51,569 nt of DNA, from positions 1 through 51,569 of the forward strand of contig CAZCPB010000002.1 of the NCBI GenBank assembly GCA_964500365.1. The letters run 5' to 3'. This DNA comes from an uncultured Phycisphaeraceae bacterium (lineage in GTDB: Bacteria; Planctomycetota; Phycisphaerae; Phycisphaerales; UBA1924). Shown piece after piece: positions 44,449 to 51,569 of this stretch. Position 1 is the stretch's first letter. The number at the start of each line of letters is the position of its first letter. Both the position numbers and the translations under genes were made by a program. Below the pieces are notes generated by a model. The model was not told the DNA's origin and made no database searches. It saw only the letters and a program-made list of their open reading frames with translations.

Positions 44449-45528
44449 GTGGCCCGCGACCGCTACCACCGCCAGACCTTGCTCGCCGGAGTCGGCACCG
44501 AAGGCCAGGACCGGCTCGCCCGCGCCCACGCCCTCATCGTCGGCTGCGGTGCCCTGGGCTGCGCCTCCGCCGACCTGCTCGCCCGCGCCGGCGTCGGCAC
44601 CCTCACGCTCGTTGACCGCGACCTCGTCGAACCGACCAACCTCCAGCGCCAGTGTCTCTTCGACGAGCGCGACGCCGCCGAGCGCGCGCCCAAGGCCGAG
44701 GCCGCCCGCCGGCGCCTCGCCGCGATCAACTCCGAGATCGCCGTGCGCGCCGCAGTCGCCGACTTCACGCACCGCAACGCCGCGGAACTCGCGCGCGGCG
44801 CGGGCGTCATCCTCGACGGCACCGACAACTTCCAGACCCGTTACCTGCTCAACGACCTCGCCGTCAAGCTCGGCGTCCCCTACTGCTACGCCGGCGTCGT
44901 CGGGACCCGCGCCATGCAGATGACGGTGCTGCCCGGCAGGGGCGCGTGCCTCCGCTGCCTCTTCCCCGAGCCCCCGGCGCCCGGCGCATCGGAAACCTGC
45001 GACACCGCGGGCGTGCTCGGCCCGGCCGTGCAGATCGCCGCGGCGTTCCAAGCCGCCGACGCGATGAAGTTCCTGCTCGGGCGCGAGGACCTGGTCGCGC
45101 CCGCCCTCCTCGAGTTCGACCTGTGGAACACCGAACGACGGAAGATCGACCTCTCGTCGTTCCGCGATCCCGTCGCGCGCCGGGACTGCCCCTGCTGCGG
45201 CCGTCGCGACTTCGCTTACCTCGACGGCCGGCTCAGCGCCGGCACCGCGGCCCTCTGCGGGCAGGACGCGGTGCAGATCGCCGCGGGCAGCGTGCGACCG
45301 GACGACGGGCGGCCGCCGCGCACCGATCTCGATGCGCTCGCCCTCCGCCTGCGGCCGCACGGCAGCGTCGAAGTCACCCGGTTCCTGCTGCGGGCGACGC
45401 TCGAGCACGAACGCGGCGAACGCGGCCCGCTCGAACTGACCGTGTTCACCGACGGCCGCGCGATCGTGCGCGGCACAACCAGGCCGGACCTCGCGCGCTC
45501 GGTCGTCAGCCGCTACGTCGGCAACTGA
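44449..45528 (+). CDS. ThiF/MoeB/HesA-family adenylyltransferase (E1-like)
   Basis: 'RYHRQTLLAGVGTEGQDRL', 'VGCGALGCASADLLARAGVG', 'LVDRDLVEPTNLQRQ', 'DGTDNFQTRYLLND', and Cys pairs 'CLRC' and 'CPCC'. An extra ~100-aa C-terminal region follows. Confidence 0.85.
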   Translation: MARDRYHRQTLLAGVGTEGQDRLARAHALIVGCGALGCASADLLARAGVGTLTLVDRDLVEPTNLQRQCLFDERDAAERAPKAEAARRRLAAINSEIAVRAAVADFTHRNAAELARGAGVILDGTDNFQTRYLLNDLAVKLGVPYCYAGVVGTRAMQMTVLPGRGACLRCLFPEPPAPGASETCDTAGVLGPAVQIAAAFQAADAMKFLLGREDLVAPALLEFDLWNTERRKIDLSSFRDPVARRDCPCCGRRDFAYLDGRLSAGTAALCGQDAVQIAAGSVRPDDGRPPRTDLDALALRLRPHGSVEVTRFLLRATLEHERGERGPLELTVFTDGRAIVRGTTRPDLARSVVSRYVGN

Positions 45529-45536
45529 AAAGCCGC

Positions 45537-46424
45537 TCAGTCCTTGCCGGGGTTGTTGATCCAGCCCCACTTGTGGCCGTTGTTGTAGATCGCCCACCAA
45601 TCGTCGTCGCGGTAGGTAGCCGAGACGTAGATGTCGTTGGAACAGAAGTTCCGGTCGTCGCGGTTGTTCGTGGTGTCCGGCGAACGCACCGGCGGCTTGA
45701 AGATCTCGGCGTCGCCCGAGAGATACGCGATCGTGCCACCCTTGTCATGGCGCTGCGTCACCTGATCCCAGTTCCCCCACAGGCCGTCAAGCACGTTATC
45801 GTTGTACCACCACGTGCTCTCCTCGACGAAGAAGGGAACGGAGCGGAACATCGTCAGCGTCGCGGCCTTGACGGGTCCGATCTTCGGCGGCGGATCTCCG
45901 GGCCCGGGCGGAACGTACGCGGCCTTCGTCACCAGGCCCAGCTTGGCACCGCCCGTGAAGCTCACCATGCAGTAGTCGAAGTCCAGCGCCCCGACGTTGT
46001 TGTAGAGGTCGTTGTCCGCCTTGGTGCGGACCGTGCGGTTGTTGATGCCCTTGCGTTTGTTCTTCGGACACTCCATCGCCTTGTGCCCATCTTCCAGGTA
46101 CTTGAAGACTACTCCAGGTTCCTTCAGCTTGTCGTTCTTGTGATCTGGATAGGTGATGCACCAAGTATCACGGAGGTTCCAGCCGGGGGGCAGCGGGTTG
46201 CGCCGGTCCCAGTCGTACCAGATCACGTCCTTGTTGTCGTTCGCGTACGCCGTGCACGCGAAGCTGATCCCCTTCATGTTCGCAAGGCACCCCAGCGCCT
46301 GCGCCGTGTCCCGCGCCTTGCCCAGCGCGGGCAGCAGCATGCTCACCAGGATCGCCACGATCGCGATCACCAGCAGCAATTCGATCAGCGTGAACGCGCG
46401 GCGCCCGGGCTTCCGGCTCTGCAT
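45537..46424 (-). CDS. DUF1559-type protein with a prepilin N-terminal cleavage/methylation domain
   Basis: 'RRAFTLIELLLVIAIVAILVSMLLPALGKAR', followed by an aromatic/Asn-rich body. This is typical of the expanded planctomycetal DUF1559 family. Confidence 0.85.
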   Translation of the reverse strand: MQSRKPGRRAFTLIELLLVIAIVAILVSMLLPALGKARDTAQALGCLANMKGISFACTAYANDNKDVIWYDWDRRNPLPPGWNLRDTWCITYPDHKNDKLKEPGVVFKYLEDGHKAMECPKNKRKGINNRTVRTKADNDLYNNVGALDFDYCMVSFTGGAKLGLVTKAAYVPPGPGDPPPKIGPVKAATLTMFRSVPFFVEESTWWYNDNVLDGLWGNWDQVTQRHDKGGTIAYLSGDAEIFKPPVRSPDTTNNRDDRNFCSNDIYVSATYRDDDWWAIYNNGHKWGWINNPGKD

Positions 46425-46634
46425 GCGTCACCTCTCTGGCCCACGAGACTCGGGCCGACGCGGCAGAACACCGCGCCACAACAAACCAGTCTACCACATC
46501 CTACCGGCCCCGCCATAGGGCGGTTTCCGCTTCAAGCCGACCCGCAGGCCCCGAAGTCCAACCTCCGGCGAAACACCCGCTTTCGGCCGCCCCCGGAGCC
46601 GCCCCGTAGAATTGCCCTGCGACCACCGGATTTC

Positions 46635-47861
46635 ATGCATATTCAAAGCGACCATCCCCCGGAGCACCCCCTCACCCAGCCGCCCGACCCGCTCGGCCTG
46701 ACCCTCGCCGCCTTCACCGCCGCGGCAAGGGCCCGGCTCAAGATGACCATCCCCGCGGCCACCGACGCCTACCACGGCGTCTTCCGGGATGGGATCACGG
46801 ACCACCCCCTGACCCCGGCCCGCGTCGGCCCCGTCGCGACGGTGCTCCGCGAGGAAAGCCCCGAAGGCGTGGTCGTGAAGTTCACGCAGCGCGTGCCGGC
46901 GGGTTCGAGCGCCGCCGGAACGACCGGGCCCGGCTCCCCTCACCCGGCGACGCCCGGCGAGGCCCTGCGTCTGGCACGCTTCGATGAACTTCAGACCGAG
47001 AGCGTGCTCATCCCCATGATCGGCCGCAAAGCCCAGCGCAGCTACACGCTCTGCGTCTCCAGCCAGGTCGGCTGCGCCATGAACTGCGGCTTCTGCGAGA
47101 CCGCCCAGATGGGGCTGATCCGGCATCTCACCCCCGGCGAGATCGTCGGCCAATGGTTCGCCGCGACCCACGTTCTGAAGCACGAGGTGAAGAACATCGT
47201 CTTCATGGGCATGGGCGAGCCGCTCGACAACTACGACAACGTCATCGCCGCGATCGGTGTCCTGATCGATCACCACGGCCCGGCCTTGCCGGCGAGCAAG
47301 ATCTCGATCTCCACCGTGGGCCGGCTCGACGGCCTGGCCCGCCTGCGCGAGCAGATCCACCGGCACGGCTGGCACCGGCTCAACCTCGCCGTCTCCCTCA
47401 ACGCGCCCAACGACGAGATCCGCTCGCGGATCATGCCCGTGAACCGCGCGATGCCGATGGCCGACCTGCGCGCGATGCTCGCGGACTGGCCGATCTACGG
47501 CGGCGGGAAGCTGTGCCTGGAGTACGTGCTCATCCCGGGCGTGAACGACGCCCGCGAGCACGCGGCGGAACTGGCCGACTTCGTCGGGCCGATCGACCGC
47601 GCGTACATGGCCAGGACCGGCAACGACAGCCCCCGGGTGATGCTCAACGTGATCCCCTACAACCCCAGGCGCAACTCGCCGTGGCCCGCGCCGAGCGAGG
47701 AGGCCGTCGGGGCCTTCCTCTCGTGGGTCGGGCACGCCGGGATCTACGCCAAGCGCCGCCGCACCAAGGGCCGCGACATGATGGGCGCGTGCGGGCAGTT
47801 GGGCTCGGCGGCGATCCGGGGGCGCAGGCCGGTCGCGGCGGGCACGGGCGGAGAGGCCTGA
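46635..47861 (+). CDS. rlmN: radical SAM 23S rRNA/tRNA adenine-C2 methyltransferase (RlmN/Cfr family)
   Basis: 'CVSSQVGCAMNCGFCETAQMG' (CxxxCxxC), 'FMGMGEPLDN', 'ISTVG', 'LAVSLNAP', 'IPYNP', and C-terminal 'GACGQL'. The ATG at 46635 lies inside the 1069-aa track ORF. The N-terminal extension is unusually long. Confidence 0.8.
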   Translation: MHIQSDHPPEHPLTQPPDPLGLTLAAFTAAARARLKMTIPAATDAYHGVFRDGITDHPLTPARVGPVATVLREESPEGVVVKFTQRVPAGSSAAGTTGPGSPHPATPGEALRLARFDELQTESVLIPMIGRKAQRSYTLCVSSQVGCAMNCGFCETAQMGLIRHLTPGEIVGQWFAATHVLKHEVKNIVFMGMGEPLDNYDNVIAAIGVLIDHHGPALPASKISISTVGRLDGLARLREQIHRHGWHRLNLAVSLNAPNDEIRSRIMPVNRAMPMADLRAMLADWPIYGGGKLCLEYVLIPGVNDAREHAAELADFVGPIDRAYMARTGNDSPRVMLNVIPYNPRRNSPWPAPSEEAVGAFLSWVGHAGIYAKRRRTKGRDMMGACGQLGSAAIRGRRPVAAGTGGEA

Positions 47862-47871
47862 GCAAATTCAC

Positions 47872-50709
47872 GTGCGGCGACCCGACCAGCACGAACTGAT
47901 CGCCGAAGCCCGCGCCCTGCTGCGCTGGACGCGCCGGCGGTGGTGGCTCGTATGGCTCGTCGCGGCCGCCCTCTCCATTTTCGTGCAGAGCGCGATGAAC
48001 TCGCCGCGCCCGCACCAGCAGGCATCCGACATTGACCCCCGCTCCGGCACGTGGCAGGTAATCAAGCCGGTCGCCGCGATGAATCCAGACCATCCGCAGA
48101 CCCTCCCCGTCCGGCTATCGGCGCTGGTCTGGCCCGAACGCTCGTCCGGACCTCAAGTGATCGTCGGACATGGCCTTCCACAGCCAGGCAAGCACGGCCG
48201 CGAGCCTGTCGTGCTGCTGCACGGCTCGCCCGGACAGGCGTCCGACCTTCGGCTCGTCGCTCGTGAAGTACTGAAGGGCGACAGACGGGTGTTCGCGATC
48301 GACCTGCCCGGGTTCGGCGACTCCGCGCCGAGCCCCACCGGTTACTCCATCCGCGCGCACGCCTCGTACGTGATCCCATTCCTCGACAAGCTGGGCGTCC
48401 GGCGCTTCCACCTCGTCGGCTGGTCCATGGGCGGCGGCGTCGCTCTCAACGTCATCGACCTTCTCGGTGAGCAGGCCGGGAGCCGCGTCGCCAGCCTCAC
48501 CCTCATGGCCTCGATCGGCGTGCAGGAGGGCGAGGGCTCCGGCAGCTACCACTTCGAGCACTTCAAGTACGCCGCGGGTTTCGCCGGCCTCGTCGCCCTC
48601 CCGGAGCTCATCCCCCACTTCGGACTCCTCGGCGACCGCCACGCCCGCTACGCGTTCATCCGCAACTTCTGGGACACCGACCAGCGCCCGCTCCGCGCGA
48701 TCATGCAGCACACCCGCGTCCCGACGCTCATCCTCCACGGCCGGCACGATTCCCTCATCCCCGCGTGGGTCGCCGAGGAGAGCCACCGCCTGATCCCGGC
48801 CTCGCGACTGGTCATGATCGACGCGAACCATTTCCTGCCGTTCCTTCAGGCCGGCGAGACGGCACGGATCTTGGAAGAGCACTTCGCACGTCACGACCCG
48901 CCGGGCGGAGAACCCCGGACCGACGCGATCGACCTCGCGCCCGCCGAACCAGCCCGCACGCCGGTCACCCGCGCCCTCGCGTGGAGCGAGCCCCTGCTCC
49001 GCGCCGCGCCCTGGTGGGCCGAACTCGCGGCGATCGCGCTGCTCGCCCTGCTCTGCCCGGTCGCCGCGTGCGTCGCGGGCACGATCCTCGCCGCGCACCA
49101 GCAACTCGACCTGTTCCTCGTCGGGACCGGCATCGCCCTGGGCTGGACAGCACAGGTCGTCGGCCCGTGGATTCTCGGATTCTGGCGCGGCACGCGCGCG
49201 CACGACCTCCCGCTCTTCGGCCCCCGTCTGCCCCGCATCTCGCCGGAAGACTGGCGCCGGCGGCTCGATTCGCGCCCGTTCCGCGCCGGCTGGCAGGATC
49301 ATTTCGTGCCCTCGCGCCGCGTCCGGGCGTTCTTCGCCGCCGGCGTGCTGCGCCGCGCCCCCGCGCCGCTCGTCGCCGGGAGGGCCCTCGCGATCATCGC
49401 GTGCGCGCTCGTCGCGACGCTGATCCCCTTCATCCTCTTCACGCTGGCATCGCGCGCCGCCGCCGACCGCCCGCCTCTCGGAACGAACGGGTGGATCGAG
49501 TTCGCGATCATCGCCGCGGTCGCCGTTGCCGCGTGGGTGCTCACGCGCGCCCTCTCGCGCCCGGGGCGGCAGAACGCCCTCGCCGCGCTCACGCGCCTCG
49601 CCCGCGCCGAGTTCTGGCCGGTGTGGTTCTTCTACGCGCCCCTCTACGCCTACCTCGTGCCCCTGTCGGTCCGCCACCGCGGGCTCATGACGCCCAGTTG
49701 CTGCAACCCCGGCATCGAGGCCGGCGGCGGCGTGGTCGGTGAGTCCAAGCACGCCATCACCCGCGCCCTGCTCGACGGCGCGCCCGCGCAGGCCCGGGAC
49801 TTCGTCCTCCCCGCGCGCCTCGTCGAGGCGGGCGCCGACCCCGCACTGCGCGCCCACCGCGTCGAGCAACTCGTCGCCGAGCACGCCCTCGCGTACCCGC
49901 TCATCCTCAAGCCCGATGAGGGCCAGCGCGGCCACGCCGTCCGCCTCATCCGCTCGGCGAACGATGCCCGTGCGTACTTCCAAGACATGCACCGCGACGC
50001 CGTGCTCCAGCCCTACCACCCGGGCCCTTGCGAGTGCGGCATTCTCTGGGCACGCCTGCCGCGCCGGGAAACCAACGCCATCCCGTGGGTCCCACCATCA
50101 CGCGGACGTGCCGGCTTCATCTTCTCGATCACCCGCAAGGAGTTCCCCGTCATCACCGGCGACGGCCGGCGCACGCTGGAAGAACTGATCGACGCCCACC
50201 CCCGCTTCCGCTGCCAGAGCGCGGTCCACCTCGAGCGCTTCGCGGACACCGCCTCGCGCGTCCTTGCCGAAGGTGAGCCGCTCCGACTGGCCGTCTCGGG
50301 CAACCACTGCCAGGGCACCCTCTTCCGCGACGGCGCCGATCTCATCACGCCGGAACTCGAGGACGCGATCGACCGGCTCGCCGCGGCGTTCCCCGGCCCC
50401 GACGGCCAGCCCGGGGGCCTCGACTTCGGCCGCTTCGACGCCCGGTACACGAGCGATGACGACCTGCGCGCGGGGCGCGGCTTCGCCGTCGTCGAGTTGA
50501 ACGGAACGTTCAGCGAATCGACCAACCTCTACGACCCGTCGAAGTCGCTCGTCTGGTCGTACTCGGTCCTCTTCCGGCAGTGGAAGCTGATGTACGTGCT
50601 CGGCGAGGAGCGGTTGCGTGAAGGCGCCCGCCCCATGACGATCCGCCAGGTGCTGAGCGCCGCCCGCGACCACTTCGCGGCCCGCGACGGGTCGGCCGTT
50701 GCAGATTGA
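47872..50709 (+). CDS. fusion protein: alpha/beta hydrolase, polytopic membrane region and ATP-grasp-like ligase domain
   Basis: N-terminal 'VVLLHGSPG', elbow 'HLVGWSMGGGVAL', 'LILHGRHDSLIP', 'DANHF'. About 5-6 hydrophobic helices lie at aa ~375-620. The C-terminal 'YPLILKPDEGQRGHAVRLI...VLQPY...GLDFGRFDARY...FAVVELNGTFSEST' is ATP-grasp-like. The GTG start is 10 nt after the rlmN stop. Confidence 0.75.
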   Translation: MRRPDQHELIAEARALLRWTRRRWWLVWLVAAALSIFVQSAMNSPRPHQQASDIDPRSGTWQVIKPVAAMNPDHPQTLPVRLSALVWPERSSGPQVIVGHGLPQPGKHGREPVVLLHGSPGQASDLRLVAREVLKGDRRVFAIDLPGFGDSAPSPTGYSIRAHASYVIPFLDKLGVRRFHLVGWSMGGGVALNVIDLLGEQAGSRVASLTLMASIGVQEGEGSGSYHFEHFKYAAGFAGLVALPELIPHFGLLGDRHARYAFIRNFWDTDQRPLRAIMQHTRVPTLILHGRHDSLIPAWVAEESHRLIPASRLVMIDANHFLPFLQAGETARILEEHFARHDPPGGEPRTDAIDLAPAEPARTPVTRALAWSEPLLRAAPWWAELAAIALLALLCPVAACVAGTILAAHQQLDLFLVGTGIALGWTAQVVGPWILGFWRGTRAHDLPLFGPRLPRISPEDWRRRLDSRPFRAGWQDHFVPSRRVRAFFAAGVLRRAPAPLVAGRALAIIACALVATLIPFILFTLASRAAADRPPLGTNGWIEFAIIAAVAVAAWVLTRALSRPGRQNALAALTRLARAEFWPVWFFYAPLYAYLVPLSVRHRGLMTPSCCNPGIEAGGGVVGESKHAITRALLDGAPAQARDFVLPARLVEAGADPALRAHRVEQLVAEHALAYPLILKPDEGQRGHAVRLIRSANDARAYFQDMHRDAVLQPYHPGPCECGILWARLPRRETNAIPWVPPSRGRAGFIFSITRKEFPVITGDGRRTLEELIDAHPRFRCQSAVHLERFADTASRVLAEGEPLRLAVSGNHCQGTLFRDGADLITPELEDAIDRLAAAFPGPDGQPGGLDFGRFDARYTSDDDLRAGRGFAVVELNGTFSESTNLYDPSKSLVWSYSVLFRQWKLMYVLGEERLREGARPMTIRQVLSAARDHFAARDGSAVAD

Positions 50710-50753
50710 CACGACCTCCACGGCCGTCCTTCGCGGTCGCCCGATCCCGCGAA

Positions 50754-51245
50754 TCACATGACCGATGGCAGCCCCAGCGCCCGGCGCAGCGAGCTGACCT
50801 GCCCCGCGTGCCACCCCTCGTGCCACGCGGCACGGTCGGCGATCTCGTGGAAGTCCTTCGCGAACCCGCCCGAGTCGCCCGCGCAGACCTTCGCGAGGTC
50901 ATCGTCGCCGTGCTTCTCGATCGACTCGATCAGGGCCTCGAACTGTGCCGCGTCATGCCGCTTGAGTTCCGCCAGGGGCGGGTACAGCCCGGCGTCGGCC
51001 TTGGGCGTGGATTTGTACCCGAAGAGAGCCTCGTAGCCCTCGGGCAGGTCCGCCTTCTTCCCCGTGGCCAGGCCGACGAACCACGCGTTGGTCATCGCCA
51101 TGTGCCCCAGCGTCCACGCCAGGTGGTTATCCGTCGGCGATGCCTGAAAAGTCGCCTTCGTCTCGGGGAAGTCCTTGATCAGCTTGTTCGTGATCTCGCG
51201 GACGAACCGAAGATTCGCGATCGCGCGCTGCTTGGCCGTGGGCAT
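50754..51245 (-). CDS. DinB family protein
   Basis: 'NHLAWTLGHMAMTNAWF' and 'AWHEGWHAGQV' fit the DinB four-helix His pattern. ATG at 51245. Confidence 0.8.
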   Translation of the reverse strand: MPTAKQRAIANLRFVREITNKLIKDFPETKATFQASPTDNHLAWTLGHMAMTNAWFVGLATGKKADLPEGYEALFGYKSTPKADAGLYPPLAELKRHDAAQFEALIESIEKHGDDDLAKVCAGDSGGFAKDFHEIADRAAWHEGWHAGQVSSLRRALGLPSVM

Positions 51246-51401
51246 TGTGCGTCCTTTCGCCGGGGTGCTCAAGCCAAGCGTACCCGCCGCCGATGTGCCG
51301 GTAACCCGTCCGCCGCGCGAATTCTTGGGCGCGAACCGGGCCCGAAGTTCACGCGGGCGCGATCACGCCTCTACGCTTGCCCTCCCCTTCCCGGAGTCCC
51401 C

Positions 51402-51569
51402 ATGTCCCTCCGCATCGCGCTGGCCAAAGGCGACGGCATCGGCCCCGAAATCATGGACGCGACCCTCGAACTCTTCCGCGCCGCGGGGGTCATGGACCAC
51501 GCCGCCTTCGTCGAGGTCGAGATGGGCGCGTCCGTCTTCGCCCGCGGCAACACCCGCGGCATGACCGAC
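51402..51569 (+). CDS. isocitrate/isopropylmalate dehydrogenase family protein, N-terminal fragment (continues beyond the window)
   Basis: Hand translation from the ATG at 51402 gives MSLRIALAKGDGIGPEIMDATLELFRAAG... The 'GDGIGPEI' signature is present. The frame stays open to the window end and is not in the ORF track. Confidence 0.7.
   Translation, partial: MSLRIALAKGDGIGPEIMDATLELFRAAGVMDHAAFVEVEMGASVFARGNTRGMTD

Noticed and set aside
44652-46634. First ~660 codons of the 1069-aa ORF 44652..47861 (+)
   Set aside because: It overlaps the ThiF-like gene out of frame and runs antisense to the DUF1559 gene. The translation is dominated by Arg/Pro/Ala. Only the RlmN-like part from 46635 is credible.
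48115-50019. 634-aa minus-strand ORF opposite the hydrolase/ATP-grasp fusion gene
   Set aside because: The translation is Arg/Gly/Glu/Asp-rich and low-complexity, with no motifs. The plus-strand frame carries clear hydrolase motifs and TM helices.
1-51569. CRISPR arrays, rRNA genes, IS elements, integrases and prophage genes
   Set aside because: I saw no regularly spaced direct repeats, no rRNA signature sequences, and no transposase, integrase or phage-structural motifs in any frame. This was a scan by eye, so short or degenerate elements could have been missed.

Overview
High-GC chromosomal segment. Sampled 60-nt lines run about 70-78% GC, with a few patches near 48-58%. The content points to Planctomycetota: a DUF1559-type protein with a prepilin N-terminus, an ECF sigma factor paired with a Ser/Thr kinase, an N-terminal 'LEPRLLLS' motif, and PEP-CTERM-like tails. 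I support about 46 protein-coding genes on both strands. Most are housekeeping: thrS, trpS, trpC, a TrpG/PabA-type amidotransferase, obg, sucC, acpP-fabF, rlmN, and two ABC transporter pairs. These are interleaved with signalling genes: two Ser/Thr kinases, an ECF sigma factor, a GGDEF protein, a PilZ protein and an ArsR-family regulator. There are also secreted or accessory proteins: a tyrosinase, a vanadium-haloperoxidase-like protein and a large repeat protein. I found no rRNA, tRNA, CRISPR array, transposase or integrase. Because of the GC content, many very long ORFs in the six-frame track are antisense or out-of-frame artefacts, and I rejected them. The most interesting observations are: (1) an 18-codon ORF with seven consecutive Thr codons, followed by a GC hairpin and T-run, about 170 nt upstream of thrS, which looks like a leader-peptide attenuator; (2) a CxxC-x12-CxxC zinc-ribbon insert inside a LolD-type ABC ATPase; (3) a 945-aa fusion of an alpha/beta hydrolase, a polytopic membrane domain and an ATP-grasp domain; (4) a co-directional cluster of ECF sigma, Ser/Thr kinase with an FGE domain, a secreted protein and a Tat-exported PPO-like tyrosinase; (5) a lower-GC gene for a secreted repeat protein; (6) a 568-nt non-coding gap after thrS. 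All homology calls come from motif recognition by eye. No searches were run.
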